The notes beneath the pieces were generated by a model that made no database searches, was not told the origin of the DNA, and saw only the letters and a list, made by a program, of their open reading frames with translations. DNA of 62,517 nucleotides, counting the filler, from Squatina squatina (taxonomy: Eukaryota), in assembly GCA_031763465.1 (NCBI GenBank). It is 4 parts of 3 records of this genome, joined end to end, with 100 filler letters (N's around TTAATTAATTAA, not from the genome) between each part and the next. Parts side by side here need not be neighbours in the genome. Positions count along the whole stretch, not along the records: positions 49,890 to 62,517 come from JARFOE010000203.1; 3 more parts are not named here. One strand, given 5' to 3'. Each line of letters opens with the position of its first letter. The first letter of the stretch is position 1. The position numbers and the translations under genes are program-made. This document shows, piece after piece, positions 50,552 through 62,517 of the stretch.

Positions 50552-51062
50552 CATTTTCTCAGAGCTTTGCTGAACAGTGCTGGCTCCATTAATGATCCAC
50601 TGTAGGTTCTGGTCTGCCATTACAATGCTGGGCTGTAGAATAGTAGTGCTCTGTGATGGAGTAATTGTTATAGCAGAAGTGTTTGTACCTAAAGGCACAG
50701 TCTGTACCATGGCTGGCATTGACTCGGTGTTACCAGATGATGGAAGGCCATTACTGGACATGGCTGCAAGTCCTTGTGTTGGTGGCTGTGGCGTTGGGGT
50801 AGGTTGAATGAATTCTTGCGTACTGGCTGAGAATTGCGTGATCGGTGGGACAGGCACTTGAGGTGTCTGCAAAATGCTGGTGGGATTCCCAAACGCTGTT
50901 TGTGGTGTGTTGGTAGCCAAAACATCCAATGAAGCGGAGACAGGGCCTGCTGCTTGCTGGGAATGGTTCTCAACATTTGGCTGCGTTATGGTTTGAAGTG
51001 GGATAGGAAACGACAACAGTGATCCAGAATCTCCTAGAGCAGTATTAACATTGGGTGCAGGC
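50552..51062 (-). CDS. MTF1: Metal regulatory transcription factor 1, Pro- and Ser/Thr-rich activation-domain exon (5' part in gap)
   Basis: ...TITPSQSTTILQPSIVMADQNLQWIINGASTVQQSSEKM|gtgagt. Confidence 0.85.
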
Positions 51063-51647
51063 NNNNNNNNNNNNNNNNNNNNNNNNNNNNNNNNNNNNNN
51101 NNNNNNNNNNNNNNNNNNNNNNNNNNNNNNNNNNNNNNNNNNNNNNNNNNNNNNNNNNNNNNCTTGGTCTACATACAGTAGACCCATTCTATGAGTGCAT
51201 ATGAAAGCCATTCAAGTGCATGTCTAAAGCACAAGTTCATAACCCTCACTAACAAAATAAGTATGAACAAAGCACAAAACAGAAGTCATGACATAGTGCA
51301 GCATTATTCAGGAGCCAATAGATTTACCAACTTCCCATAAAGTTCTGAAAAGTTAAGTGTACAAATTTTTTTTTTTTTTTAAAACAGGAAAAGACATCAA
51401 GCAGTAAGTTGACTTTATAAAATTTCTACCCAAACAATGTCAACATTTCACCCTTTAGAATAGTTTTATTCCTGGTTTGAAAATATATTGAATACTTGTA
51501 ATTATGTCAAGTTGGCAGTGGAAAAAGTCATAAGAATGTACTGCAATAGGTGGAGACTGGAGACCTCAGATACACTTAATCACAGATCTAACTGAATCTA
51601 CGTACACATCAGCTTTACAGCAAAACTGGCACGTAGAAGGCTTTTAC

Positions 51648-51779
51648 CTAAATGGCTTCTCTCCTGTATGCGTTCGGACGTGCTTCCTCAGGTCACTGAG
51701 TGTAGTAAAGTACTTACTGCAGCCTTCTGATTCACAGTTAAATGTTTTCCCTGTGTGAAGCCTCTGATGGGCTTTCAGC
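51648..51779 (-). CDS. MTF1: MTF1 zinc-finger exon (132 nt)
   Basis: tttccag|[44 protein letters not shown]|gtaaaa; not present in the ORF track. Confidence 0.93.
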
Positions 51780-53193
51780 CTGGAAATGAAATGGAAATAA
51801 AAGGCAGTTACTACTAGTGTTCAGAACTGACAAGCAATACATTAGCGATTATGAAATCACTGGTTACACCAAGCTCTCCACAGAAGAGTTGTCAAAGAAT
51901 TTTTCTTCAGGAGAACTTCACTCAAAACAGAGCTTCTAATGCCTTACTTAAAAGCAAAGGGTTTTGCACCTAATGTCATAAATCAAAGGTGGTCTGATAT
52001 GTTTGAACAAGTTGGCATCCAAAGAAATAACATCCAGTGTAGCCATCAAGCTTTATTACATTGGAATCACATTTTGTACACCGTTAATTCACTTCAAATT
52101 ACTTCTATTACTATCCACCAGTGACAGAACAGAGACTACTAGAATTTTATTGCAGTATTACATAAAATCCTCTCCAGAAAATTCAAGTTTCCAAACCTGC
52201 TGGGTATATTTCTACAGTTACTGTGGTTACACAGTATAAAAATCCATCCACAACTCCACTTTACTGAAATTACAGTGATGACATTGGACGGTGATTTTCC
52301 ATTGCTATAAATTGCAGTGCTAGCCAACAAATCATTGTCCCTACCACAATTAAATTCAGTCCTGGGGTGTCACCGACAGTGCCGCTCTTGTGTTAGTGGG
52401 AGGGTGACTCCCAAAAAATATTGTGTACACAAGCAGTCTAAAAATAAAAAATTGAGGGAGAAACTAATCAAAAATGATTAGACAACAGTAGGTCAGATGG
52501 GATGCCAAAAGGCATGTCTATTTCTTTTCAGCATTGGATATTGTTCTCTCTTGTAATGGAACCACCCACGGGCATAAAGGGAGCTGTTTCAGCAAGCAGT
52601 AACGGCAAATTCTTAGAGCTGCTTTTCAAAGTGGCATTGTATCATAAACACAGAACAAGGCCAACATGAAACCGCATAATTATTTTTGGCACCAACTCTT
52701 CAGTCTGAACATACGCGCCCTTTCTCGAGTTCAGTGGATTACAACACTTCTGTGACTCGAGCTTGAATGCTGCCCAAACTGATTGAATAAAAAAGTTTCC
52801 TCTGTCAGTTTTAGGGGATGTTCTGAGAAATTGAGACACATGACTAGTTAGGAGTTCCACTGTCAACAGATGGCAGCGACAAAATGGAAGGTAAACATTT
52901 TACAGCTAATAAGTAGCAGCTTAGTATCAGTAATTGCAATGATGACCAACTCCAATCCACTGTCAAGTTCTTTTTTCCCCATCGATCTCACCCCTCCCCT
53001 CAAAGTTATAAAGGTTTTACTTATTGGGAGAATTAGATTACTGTTGAATTGCTTAAAACCCCATAGCCAATAAATCAAAAATGTACAAGAAGTNNNNNNN
53101 NNNNNNNNNNNNNNNNNNNNNNNNNNNNNNNNNNNNNNNNNNNNNNNNNNNNNNNNNNNNNNNNNNNNNNNNNNNNNNNNNNNNNNNNNNNNN

Positions 53194-53560
53194 CACTGAA
53201 TGTAGTTACTGTCATAATGTAGACAGCCAATTTGCACACAGCAAGGTCCCACAAACAGCAATAAGATAAATGGCCAGATAATCTGTTTTACTGATGTCAG
53301 TTGAGGGATAAATGTCAGCCAGGACACCAGAAAACTTTCCTATTTCTCTACGAGCAGTGCCTTAGGATTCATCATGTCCATTTGAGTGGACAGGCAGGGC
53401 CTGGGTTTAATGTCTCATCCAAATGACAACACCTCACTCAACATAGCACTCACTCCCTCAGTACTGCATTCATGCATCAGCCGAGATCAAGTCTCCAGAG
53501 TGGGGTTTGAACCCCTGGCCTTCTGAGTCAGATGGGAGTGTGTTATGACTGAGCCACAGT
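53194..53560 (-). mobile_element. Deu-type SINE, near full length
   Basis: Reverse complement has tggctcagt (A box), gggttcaaaccc (B box) and the Deu-like body. Confidence 0.85.
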
Positions 53561-53579
53561 TGACAATAACTTAACTTAC

Positions 53580-53931
53580 CTATACAGTGTGTTAAATGCT
53601 TTTTCACAACCCTGCACGTCGCACTCAAATGGCTTTTCCTTGGTGTGGACTCTGACGTGGATTTTTAGGCTGTAAGAGGTGAGAAAGGCCTTGCCACATC
53701 CCTGCTNNNNNNNNNNNNNNNNNNNNNNNNNNNNNNNNNNNNNNNNNNNNNNNNNNNNNNNNNNNNNNNNNNNNNNNNNNNNNNNNNNNNNNNNNNNNNN
53801 NNNNNNCCACATCCCTGCTGGTTGCAAACAAATGTATATTCACCGCGGTGAGTCTTCTGATGTGTCCGCAGGTTCCCTGCTGTGCTGTACGTACGTGGAC
53901 AGCCTTCGAATGTGCACTGATATCTTTTTAC
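53580..53931 (-). CDS. MTF1: MTF1 exon with zinc fingers 1-3, split by a false gap
   Basis: ccaag|[80 protein letters not shown]|gtaagt. Confidence 0.95.
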
Positions 53932-54329
53932 CTTGGGGCAAGAAAAATGAAGAAAAACATTAAAATATTGCAATTTCCAGTTGGAGTTTATTTATTCAGC
54001 CTCTGCAGTGGTTTAACTTACAACTACCCGCCAATCAACTTTAGATGGATATGTTAAGATGCAGCAACATTATTCCAAAGTTGACAAGTTTAAGTGATTG
54101 TTGAGGAAGCGGCCTAAAATTCAATGTTGGATGTTAAACAGACTTTGATTGCAATACACAAACTCATACAATTAGAAAAGAGGACAAAGAATTTGCAACT
54201 GCCCTGGGCAAAGTGACAGTCAACTCCCAAGACCTAACCACTTAAACAGCTCCAGGAAACAACTAACTGCAGCAAAAATATCAAAACAATGAAAAATAAA
54301 TTCATGACTACCAAGGTGAAGCCATCAGC

Positions 54330-54865
54330 TCATCTAAAACGCTTGTTGCCCCCATCCTGTACCAGGTGCTGCTCATCCATCACTCCCGTCCTTGCTGGCC
54401 TACACTCGTTCCTGATGCCCCATTGGCTCCTGGTTCCCTACCGTCTCCAACTTAAAACGCTCATTATCGTGTTTAAATCTGTTCATGTCCTCGTTTCTCT
54501 GCCCCTCCACCATCCCCACAATCTCTAACCTCAAGCACGACAACCACAGAACTCTCCCTTCTTCTGGCTATGGCCTCTTGCGCATTTCTTCTCTTCCTTC
54601 CGTCCGCCCACCCCCCCACCACCACCTTCATCCCAGCATATTCCTCCAACCCCAAACCCTGTTCAACTCACCTTTGGCAGCAATGGTTCCATGCTCTGGA
54701 ATTTCCTCCCTAAACCCTTCCACTGCTCCATCTCCCTTTCCTCGGAGGTCCCACTTAAATCTCACCTGTTTGACCAAGCTTTTGGTCACCCTTCCCAATA
54801 TCTCCTTTGGTTCAGTGGCCTTGTATAAAGAGGTACCCTTGGGATATTTTTCTACATTAAAGGCA
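54330..54865 (+). mobile_element. L2-clade LINE 3' end
   Basis: SITPVLAGLH...HWLLVPYRLQLK, followed by gaccaagcttttggtcacc...ctacattaaaggc. Confidence 0.8.
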
Positions 54866-55938
54866 NNNNNNNNNNNNNNNNNNNNNNNNNNNNNNNNNNN
54901 NNNNNNNNNNNNNNNNNNNNNNNNNNNNNNNNNNNNNNNNNNNNNNNNNNNNNNNNNNNNNNNNNAAAATTACCATGGATCTGTAATGGCCACTGCACTT
55001 CAGATAATCTCCGGCAGCAAAATGTTGCAAAAACACAGTCTGGTGATATGCCATTTAGTATTTTTCTACAAAGTTTTGTTCCAATAAATTCCAAAACAAT
55101 TGCTGAACAACAGTTAGAAAAAGATAATATACAGCTTCCAAGGTTGTGGTAGGTTTCCACAGGAAGGGCCCCCATTATCATGGTAGCATACTGGCTTGGT
55201 TAGGCACGTATAGCAATGCCTCACCTTTCAGAAAGGTCGGCAGCTGCTGGTGCAAGTATATCCAAACACCTACACTGCACACAGACTTCAGATCAACCAC
55301 TTTTCACTAATATCGCAGAAAGCATTTGTAAGCCAAATGCTTGCTAGCCTCGATGTAACAAAGGTTGGCACAAGTTCTCTTTTCCACATAACTATTAACA
55401 ACTCATTTTTGTAGCATTCCTCATGTGCAGGAATCAAAGTTTTACATTATGAAGGGGGAAAAAAAAGTGGACATTTAGCAGAAGGAAAGAAGGAAAAATG
55501 AAGAGTGTTAAAAGGTGGGATCCTAGAGGCACAGCCAGAGAGAAGGAAATGGAAAGATAGAAGAAGAAATTATGCAGGGAGTTCCAGAGTACAGGAGTGT
55601 GGTGATTGAATTAGCTGCCTTCAATGGTAAGCAAGAGAGAGAGAGAGAGAAAAAAATGAGGATGAGGAGCAGCCCAGTTAGAGGAGATGGAAAGGTGCAT
55701 ATGGGGACAGGGAAATGGATGCAAGGCTTAGAGGATATCACAAAGGTAGAGTGGGGTAGCTATAAAGCAATTTGAAAGTATGAGAATTTTGAAGTCAACT
55801 TTCATGAGGCAAAAGGAAGCAGTGTACTTGAAGAGGATTGAGGGAGGGGGTGACAAGAGTGCAGTACTTCACACAGGCACCATTTTGATTAAAATGTAAC
55901 AGAGCATCTGTTACCCTGCCAAACGGCTGATTGTTTAC

Positions 55939-56359
55939 CTCTTTAACCTTGGTTTCGGGACACTCTGACTGTAGGGTGAGTGTTGCTCCCTCTATGTTCC
56001 TGGGCATTGGAGTGGATCCAGGGTTGATGGTGAACTGAATCTGATCCAGAGAAATGGTGTGATGCACGTAACCCTGCGACATTCCATCTGGATCTGCCAT
56101 CAAATAAAAGTTGTCCTCTCCGCTTTCAGATAAAAAAGACACCAAGTTATTATTGGTCCCTCCTTCGTCTTCATCTTCCTCCTCGTCCTCTTCTTCTAGG
56201 CCAATTGGGTCCTGTTCTATTAGGACAGTTGTCCTATCATAAACGGTCCCAGAGGAGGACACCAGGCCATTTTTACCAGAAAATCCCATCTTCTCCTCTC
56301 TAGTCATCTCCTCCTCATCCTCATCTTCTGTTTCATAGTATGTGACATTGTTATTCTCT
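55939..56359 (-). CDS. MTF1: MTF1 first coding exon (start codon in gap)
   Basis: [18 protein letters not shown]...[48 protein letters not shown]|gtaaac. Confidence 0.93.
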
Positions 56360-56909
56360 NNNNNNNNNNNNNNNNNNNNNNNNNNNNNNNNNNNNNNNNN
56401 NNNNNNNNNNNNNNNNNNNNNNNNNNNNNNNNNNNNNNNNNNNNNNNNNNNNNNNNNNNGACAGTGCACGGAGGGGGCGTAAGTAAAGCTGCTGCAGATT
56501 CCACCCACACGCGTCCCTTTATAATGAAACTGATCGACAGTAAAGGCGCTGAATGGAACTGCCCATTAATTTCAACACCATTCTCAAGTGTAAAATGTGC
56601 GTTCCATCATAGTGCCATTGAAATAAAGAGGCGGAAATCGCAGCACAGTATCTGATTCAACCGAGCATTAACTATCTCTTCAGGCAGATGGAAATCAGTG
56701 CCTGGATGTCATCCAATTGCTTTGTGGTGTAGACACTCTCCTGATGATAGGGTAGTGTGGAGTTTGATGCATTGACTAAATGTTGGCTTTGTCGCCAAAG
56801 ACTGGATTACCTCGAAGCTCATCAGCCATTCCAAACCCTTCTGTTTCACGGATTAAAACAACAACCACAGAGATTAGTAGAGTATAAATGACAAGGAAGC
56901 ATTATTAGA

Positions 56910-57152
56910 GAGGCAGCCTCAGTGGCTCAGTGGGTGGATGCACTGCCCGCTGTTGTAATGGGTCGTGCAGACCTGGAGGGTCCTGGACTGAGCTGAATCA
57001 GCCAATCTTTACTGAAGTGACAGGAATGGCACCACAATTAGCTTCAGCAGCCTTGGGTTATGGAGGGGAAGAGGCGGATTGCTCTTCAGTGACCTTTGCA
57101 TGGAAATTGCATGTGCGGGGATGATGGTTTGAAGAGCCTGCTGGCACTCACT
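56910..57152 (+). mobile_element. AmnSINE2-like element with 5' head
   Basis: gtggctcagtgggtggatgcactgcc...gacctggagggtcct...caattagcttcagcagccttgggt...gattgctcttcagtgacc. Confidence 0.6.
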
Positions 57153-57932
57153 GGGGGTGAAATTGGTCTCGAGTGGTCGTGCAATACAGGCGCATTGGCA
57201 GCCCGCTTCACAGCCAGCCTGATTTCTTTTCCATTGAAGTCAATGGGTCGATGGTAACAAAGGATGTTTTCTTGTACCTCCTTGACCAGAGCTGAATTTA
57301 GTGCTCACAGTACAGCCTGAGCAGAATGTTGTACAGCTTCAGTTACACTCTATTGATTTGACAATATAGCTCAGCATTCTGCTTACTTTGTCAGTTGTTG
57401 CTATGCAATGACTGGACATTGTAAATATTGAGTCTACCATCACTTTTAGATCTCTAGATAGTTCAACACTATTCATTGTCATCCGATTCAATTTCATTTA
57501 CCACAATACTGCCGAGTTACTAATTCTGGGGATGGTTTTAACCCTACCTGCCTGGTGGGAACCATGCAAGTGGGCAGTTAAAATCTATTCTTGGGGATTT
57601 ACTGGTTTTAAGCCCTTTGGACCCATCTAAGAACTTTTTGAAAGTGATGTCAAAGTCATGAAGTTAATTGTAGACCCTTCTATGATACGTGGTATGTTAC
57701 TAGTGTCTTCTCTAGTGAATAGTTTCAGGAAGTAATCATTTAGTATGCTCACTAATTTTTGTTCATCCTTAGTTTTAATCCCATTAAGGGATTTCAGTTC
57801 TTTGATAGATCTCTCGCTTTTGTATTACTGGCAGAATCTTACCATTGCATTTGCCGTCTATAACTCTGTCTATTTCTATTTCCATCATTTACATTTTTTA
57901 GAGATTCCTCTGTTCTTCCCAGTGGCTTCAGA

Positions 57933-58325
57933 GTGCCAGCTTGGCTCAGTGGTAGCACTCTCACCTCCAAGTCAGAAGGTTGTAGGTTCAAGCCTCAGAC
58001 TAGGCTGATGCTTCAGTGCACTACTGAGGCAATGCTGCACTGTTGGCGGTATTGTCTTTCCGGTGAGGCATAAGCCTCAGGTGGATGTAAAGATTTCATG
58101 GCACTATTTGAAGAAGAGCAGGGGAGTTCTCCCCGGCGACCTGGACAATACTTGTCCCTCAACCAACATCAGTAAAACAGATTAACGAGTCATTTATCTC
58201 ATGTGCTGTTTGTGGGATCTTGCCATGTGGTAATTGGCTGCCCACATAACAACAGTGTCTGCAGAAGTAATTCATTGGCTGTGAGGTACTTTGGGTTGTG
58301 AAAAGTGCTGTATAAATGCAAAATA
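57933..58325 (+). mobile_element. Deu-type SINE, full length with deletions
   Basis: A box tggctcagtggt, B box ggttcaagcc, tail gtgctgtataaatgcaa. Confidence 0.88.
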
Positions 58326-58444
58326 TNNNNNNNNNNNNNNNNNNNNNNNNNNNNNNNNNNNNNNNNNNNNNNNNNNNNNNNNNNNNNNNNNNNNNNNNNN
58401 NNNNNNNNNNNNNNNNNNNNNNNNNNCGCTTTCATCCCTTTAAA

Positions 58445-58790
58445 AAAAATCTTTAGGCTATTTTTAATTTATTTCTTCCTGAGCCCTTCCCACTTTATTG
58501 GTTTAACAATAGCCCTATTTATCCTTTCAGCTAGGACTTTGGACCCAGCCCGGTTCAGGTGAAGTCCATCCCACCGGTACACTGGTAATAATCCCAAGGT
58601 TCTGCCTTTTAATGTAGGTCCTACCTTCTGGTACTTCCTCAGGAGTACCTTCACCCTGTTCTTTCCTATGTCACTCGTCCCAACACGGGCCACTCCCTTT
58701 ATAGGTTTCTTTCCTGTTACATCGAGATAGGCCTTACCTGGCACCAGGCAGGTAACATACCCTTTGGGATTCTCTATCGTGGCTGCTGAG
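58445..58790 (-). mobile_element. CR1 ORF1 esterase 3' fragment
   Basis: VGTSDIGK...YRWDGLHLNRAGSKVLAERINRA. Confidence 0.85.
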
Positions 58791-59103
58791 GTTTGAGCTT
58801 AGCTCTAGGTGGACAACAGCGAGGGCACGTACAGCTTGGCTCAGGCCTGAGCAAAGGTGGGTGATATTAGTCAATGGCATAGGTGTGGGATTTTGTTGGG
58901 CCCTGAAATTATGGTTTCAATCTTTCTGGTGTATAATTGAAGGAAATTCTGGCTCATCCACAACATCAGACAGGCAGGTTTAGCAAGTAATGAGTCATGG
59001 GATCTCAGCCCTCTGCTATGATTTGCCTATATTACCTCATATAGTGAAACTGTGAATACATACAGTCTACATTATCCATGAAGAAGAGGGATGTGTTCAT
59101 TAC

Positions 59104-59231
59104 CTGTTCACTCAGAGAATAGCAGCTGGAACTCGCTAAACAATCATTGTACAGGTTGTAAGTGATGACTGGCTCTGGAAGGGCATCCAGAAAGAGCAAC
59201 AATGCTTCAGTTATAGAATGGTTACTGCCAG
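59104..59231 (-). CDS. INPP5B: Inositol polyphosphate 5-phosphatase B, RhoGAP-like domain exon (128 nt)
   Basis: tttgcag|GSNHSITEALLLFLDALPEPVITYNLYNDCLASSSCYSLSEQ|gtaatg. OCRL/INPP5B family; INPP5B chosen because it neighbours MTF1. Confidence 0.88.
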
Positions 59232-59475
59232 CTGCAAACACAAGTTAAGGAAAAAATTTCATGTCATATGTCCCCTGAAAATACATTAGTCAGTCTCACA
59301 GGAGAAACTATCTTGAGCACGAAAAGGGAAGGTTGAAACATATCATAAATATATCACTTTAGGAGAGTGATTAACNNNNNNNNNNNNNNNNNNNNNNNNN
59401 NNNNNNNNNNNNNNNNNNNNNNNNNNNNNNNNNNNNNNNNNNNNNNNNNNNNNNNNNNNNNNNNNNNNNNNNNNN

Positions 59476-59610
59476 TTTCCCTATTGCCCTGTAAATTTTT
59501 CCTTTTTAAGTATTTATCCAGTTCCCTTTTGAAAGTTACTATTGAATCTGCTTTCACCATCTTTTCAGGCAGTGATTTCCAGATCATAACAACTCACTGT
59601 GTAAAAACAA
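59476..59610 (-). mobile_element. CR1 3' fragment
   Basis: IWKSLPEKMVKADSIVTFKRELDKYLKRKNLQG. Confidence 0.85.
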
Positions 59611-59926
59611 TTAGGTTTTTGTCATGCAGTTCATTTAGCAACTAATTTTATGGACAACATTTATTCTAAGTCAATGTTTCTTTTCATGCATATAAAAAAA
59701 AAAATCAGCAGCCCAAAAATTCCTTCTCTTCCCTCCATTCAGAGCCGGGGAATAACGAAACAGTTTTGTCCAATTTGGGATGCAGCCTGTAATTTACACA
59801 TTGATAATGGTATTTTATTCAGTAGAGTGAATGATTTCAGAATAATGAAAGGGACCTCGAGAGTTCTGCGATCTCTGATTAGAAATAGTGTGAAGATAAA
59901 TAGAGTTAGTGAAGTCACAGGCATAC

Positions 59927-60028
59927 CCAATACAGTAGATATCAGGTGGTTCCTGATCAATGGACAGCCAAGGCTTCAGATCCTCCTTGGGAGACTTGCC
60001 ATTCACATTGTATGTCCCTGCAAAAATT
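59927..60028 (-). CDS. INPP5B: INPP5B 5-phosphatase domain exon (102 nt)
   Basis: ggtatag|[34 protein letters not shown]|gtatgc with the T(W/Y)NVNG motif. Confidence 0.9.
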
Positions 60029-60077
60029 CTATACCATACAAAAAGCAGAATTAAAGTAATGCAAAAAGGCACAAACA

Positions 60078-60322
60078 TTACATAGGATATACGGCACACA
60101 AACAGGCCATTCGGCCCAACCAGTCCATGCTGATGTTTATGCTCCTGTCTTTCCTCACCTTTATCTTTCAGCATAACCCTCTATTCCCTTCTCATCATGT
60201 GCTTGTCCAGCCTCCCCTTAAATGTAGCTCTACTATTCGCTTCAATCACTCCCTGTGCTAGCGAGTTCCACATTTTCACCACTCTCTTGGCAAAGAAGTT
60301 TCTTCTGAATTCCCTATTGGGA
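60078..60322 (-). mobile_element. CR1 3' end (older subfamily)
   Basis: acaggccattcggcccaaccagtccatgctg...gcgagttccacattttcaccactctc; related plus-strand copy at 61535-61770. Confidence 0.8.
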
Positions 60323-61534
60323 ATTGAGGAGTGTGGCTGAATCAGATTGAAATTATTGTCACATCGAATGTGTTACGGGTTAATACTTCTTACCAGATGC
60401 ATCTTTGTGGTAAAAGCACAGACTTGTGAACATTTTAATTCATCATTTTTTCTAAACAAGCTATTTTTCTTCCAACCTTTTAGCTGGCTGTAGTAAAACA
60501 TGTTCGGTGTAGTACTTTAATTTAAGCTATGATAGATGACTAAGATAAATATGTGTAATCAGTGAACATAATTCCAATTTATCATTAATAAAAACTAAAA
60601 TAATGGAGGAAAAATCCCACTGTTATAAATTACTGCCTCTTACTGTTGTGTGACGCTGAGCCACATGGAATAACTCAGCACCAGTTGTGGCAGTAACAGG
60701 AGATACTTCCCAGTCAGCAAAAACTCTTAATGCACTTGTACTATATTCTGTGTACTATTTTAGACAGACATTAATCTGCTTCAAATAAACACACAAGCAT
60801 TCGCACTTAGTGGATTGGAAAATGTATCCTGTGAACGCCAACAGACAAACATGCAATCATAATGCAGAGCTGCCAGGTGCCATTCATTAGGAGCAACAAG
60901 CACTTATTTTAGTTTAAAAATGCAACCCATCATGATGTACTACTTTGCTAAAAATCACCATCATTCCATATATTTCAACAAGTTTGCAATTGTGCAAATC
61001 TTGCAACTTATAAATGTCATGGCTATCATTTCCCAAAAGTAATCATGCAAAACCTCAGAATATTTATCTAACCTCGTATCTCCGCGATTTCATCCAGGCC
61101 TCCACAGACAACAATCCCACACTACAAGCTATAACTGCTGTTACAAATTTAGGATCCTGCCTTACTATTCTCTGATGTACAGCTGTGCTCAGCAGTCCTG
61201 AGACCAGTCTGAGCATGTTGTTTATGAATGTGCCTGCACTGCCCAATATTTAACTATATGATAGCTAAATACAAGGGTGTAACAACAGGACCCTCTTGTA
61301 ATCGGAACTGGATATTTGTGTCCCCATATACCTTTCCAATCTTTTCAAATGCAAATAGCAAAAATACGTGGGAAGATGATGCCAGAAAGAAATGAGTAAG
61401 CTGCTCTAATTCACAGCCGGTGAACATATAGAACAATATTTCTAACCAGAATTATTTAATTCAATCGGTTATTTTTTATTACTCATGTACGATTCTAAAC
61501 AAAATTTTATAATACTGCAAATTCAGCAGAAACT

Positions 61535-61770
61535 ACTTTACGCAGAGAGTGGTTAGAATATGGAACTTGCTACCACCTGGAATAGTTGAGGCAAATGGCA
61601 TAGCTACCTTTAAGGGGAAGTTGGATAACTACATGAGGGAGAAAAGAATAGAAGGATATGCAGATAAAGTTAGATGAGGAAGGTTGGGAGGAGGCTGGTG
61701 TGGAACATAAACATGCACAGGCCAGTTGGGCTGAATGGCCTTTTTCTGTTCTGTATATTCTATGTAATTT
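61535..61770 (+). mobile_element. CR1 3' end (older subfamily)
   Basis: FTQRVVRIWNLLP...ATFKGKLDNYMREKRIEGYAD, then gggctgaatggcc...tctatgtaa. Confidence 0.85.
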
Positions 61771-61907
61771 GGTCTGTAAGTCTATAAGGCCCTGTTCTAC
61801 AGGACCAAACAGCCATATTGGCTGAGTGCTGCTTGTGCGCAGCATAGAGTGATCAGTAGGTGTGGTACATCCCATCTGATGTGGGGAAGAGGAAGTGGAA
61901 CAGCAAA

Positions 61908-62032
61908 TAGCCATGCCAACCTTACCCAGACTGTCCTGGAACCTCCATGAATTAAAGATTGATCTCCCGGGTAGTCCTGCGGCAACCTGGGAGAAAAATC
62001 ATAGGGAACTGGCAGTAGAGTTGGTAACCCTG
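61908..62032. mobile_element. Short non-autonomous DNA transposon remnant (hAT-like)
   Basis: Ends tagccatgccaac and gttggtaaccctg are degenerate copies of a (T/C)AGGGTTGCCAAC inverted repeat. Confidence 0.45.
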
Positions 62033-62517
62033 GCTTTCACTCGCCCGCTCAGCCGCCTTCTCCCACAAATGCCCCTCGAGTGGAAATGATGGCATAGTCA
62101 CCGAGAACAGACCACCTGAGGAACACGCCAGCTGTGGACTGGCCAGAGTCCATGATATCTATTTGGCAGGACATTTGATTGTGGAGTGAAGTGTGCAGTT
62201 TGCCACAGTATTTCCGGGGACTGTTTGCCGAAAGGTGTTGAACTCCACATCAGGGCCTGCAGCACAAAGCGGGGAGAGAGACTGCTCTTGGACATCTTCT
62301 TTCAAGGAGTGTGGTAGCAGCCTTCCAAAGTCGGGACTTGTCATTTTCTCTGCAGTACTGCGTGTTTATGTTTTGTTTTCGTAAGTGCCCTGGATCGTTC
62401 TGCTGCATGAAAGGCAATTTTTATTTGTTAATCCGTGTAGTTCAATTATTAATTCTAAAGGCACAAACGGTCTGAAACTTGGCTGCTTGAAGTCACATGA
62501 TGTAAGCTCCAACCAGA

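Noticed and set aside
59104-60028. OCRL as the identity of these exons
   Set aside because: TYNVNG and adjacency to MTF1 on the same strand favour INPP5B.
62098-62350. Possible further INPP5B exon
   Set aside because: The short ORFs show no similarity I can recognise to INPP5B or OCRL, and the donor is unconvincing.

Overview
Eukaryotic (vertebrate) genomic DNA, most likely a cartilaginous fish judging by its CR1, L2 and tRNA-derived SINE repeat families. It is a very fragmented assembly: about 40 short contigs joined by 39 fixed 100-nt gaps. Three of these gaps carry an artificial TTAATTAATTAA linker, so the window is four unrelated scaffolds. Scaffold A (1-14915) has minus-strand exons of an HSP70 (HSPA2-like), ZBTB1 and MTHFD1, the order seen at human 14q23, plus a 2.4-kb 16-bp pyrimidine satellite. 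Scaffold B (15016-34232) has no recognisable coding exon, only repeats and unique non-coding DNA. Scaffold C (34333-49789) has a GGT-family exon and two MATN1 exons, the second followed by a U12 AT-AC donor. Scaffold D (49890-62517) has four MTF1 exons and two INPP5B exons. The most unusual observation is a fumarate hydratase (FH) exon whose GT donor sits 689 nt from the AG acceptor of the HSP70 exon, in the same phase and on one ungapped contig. This could be an FH::HSP70 chimera, an interleaved gene pair, or a misassembly. All gene and repeat names come from recalled sequence similarity, not from database searches.
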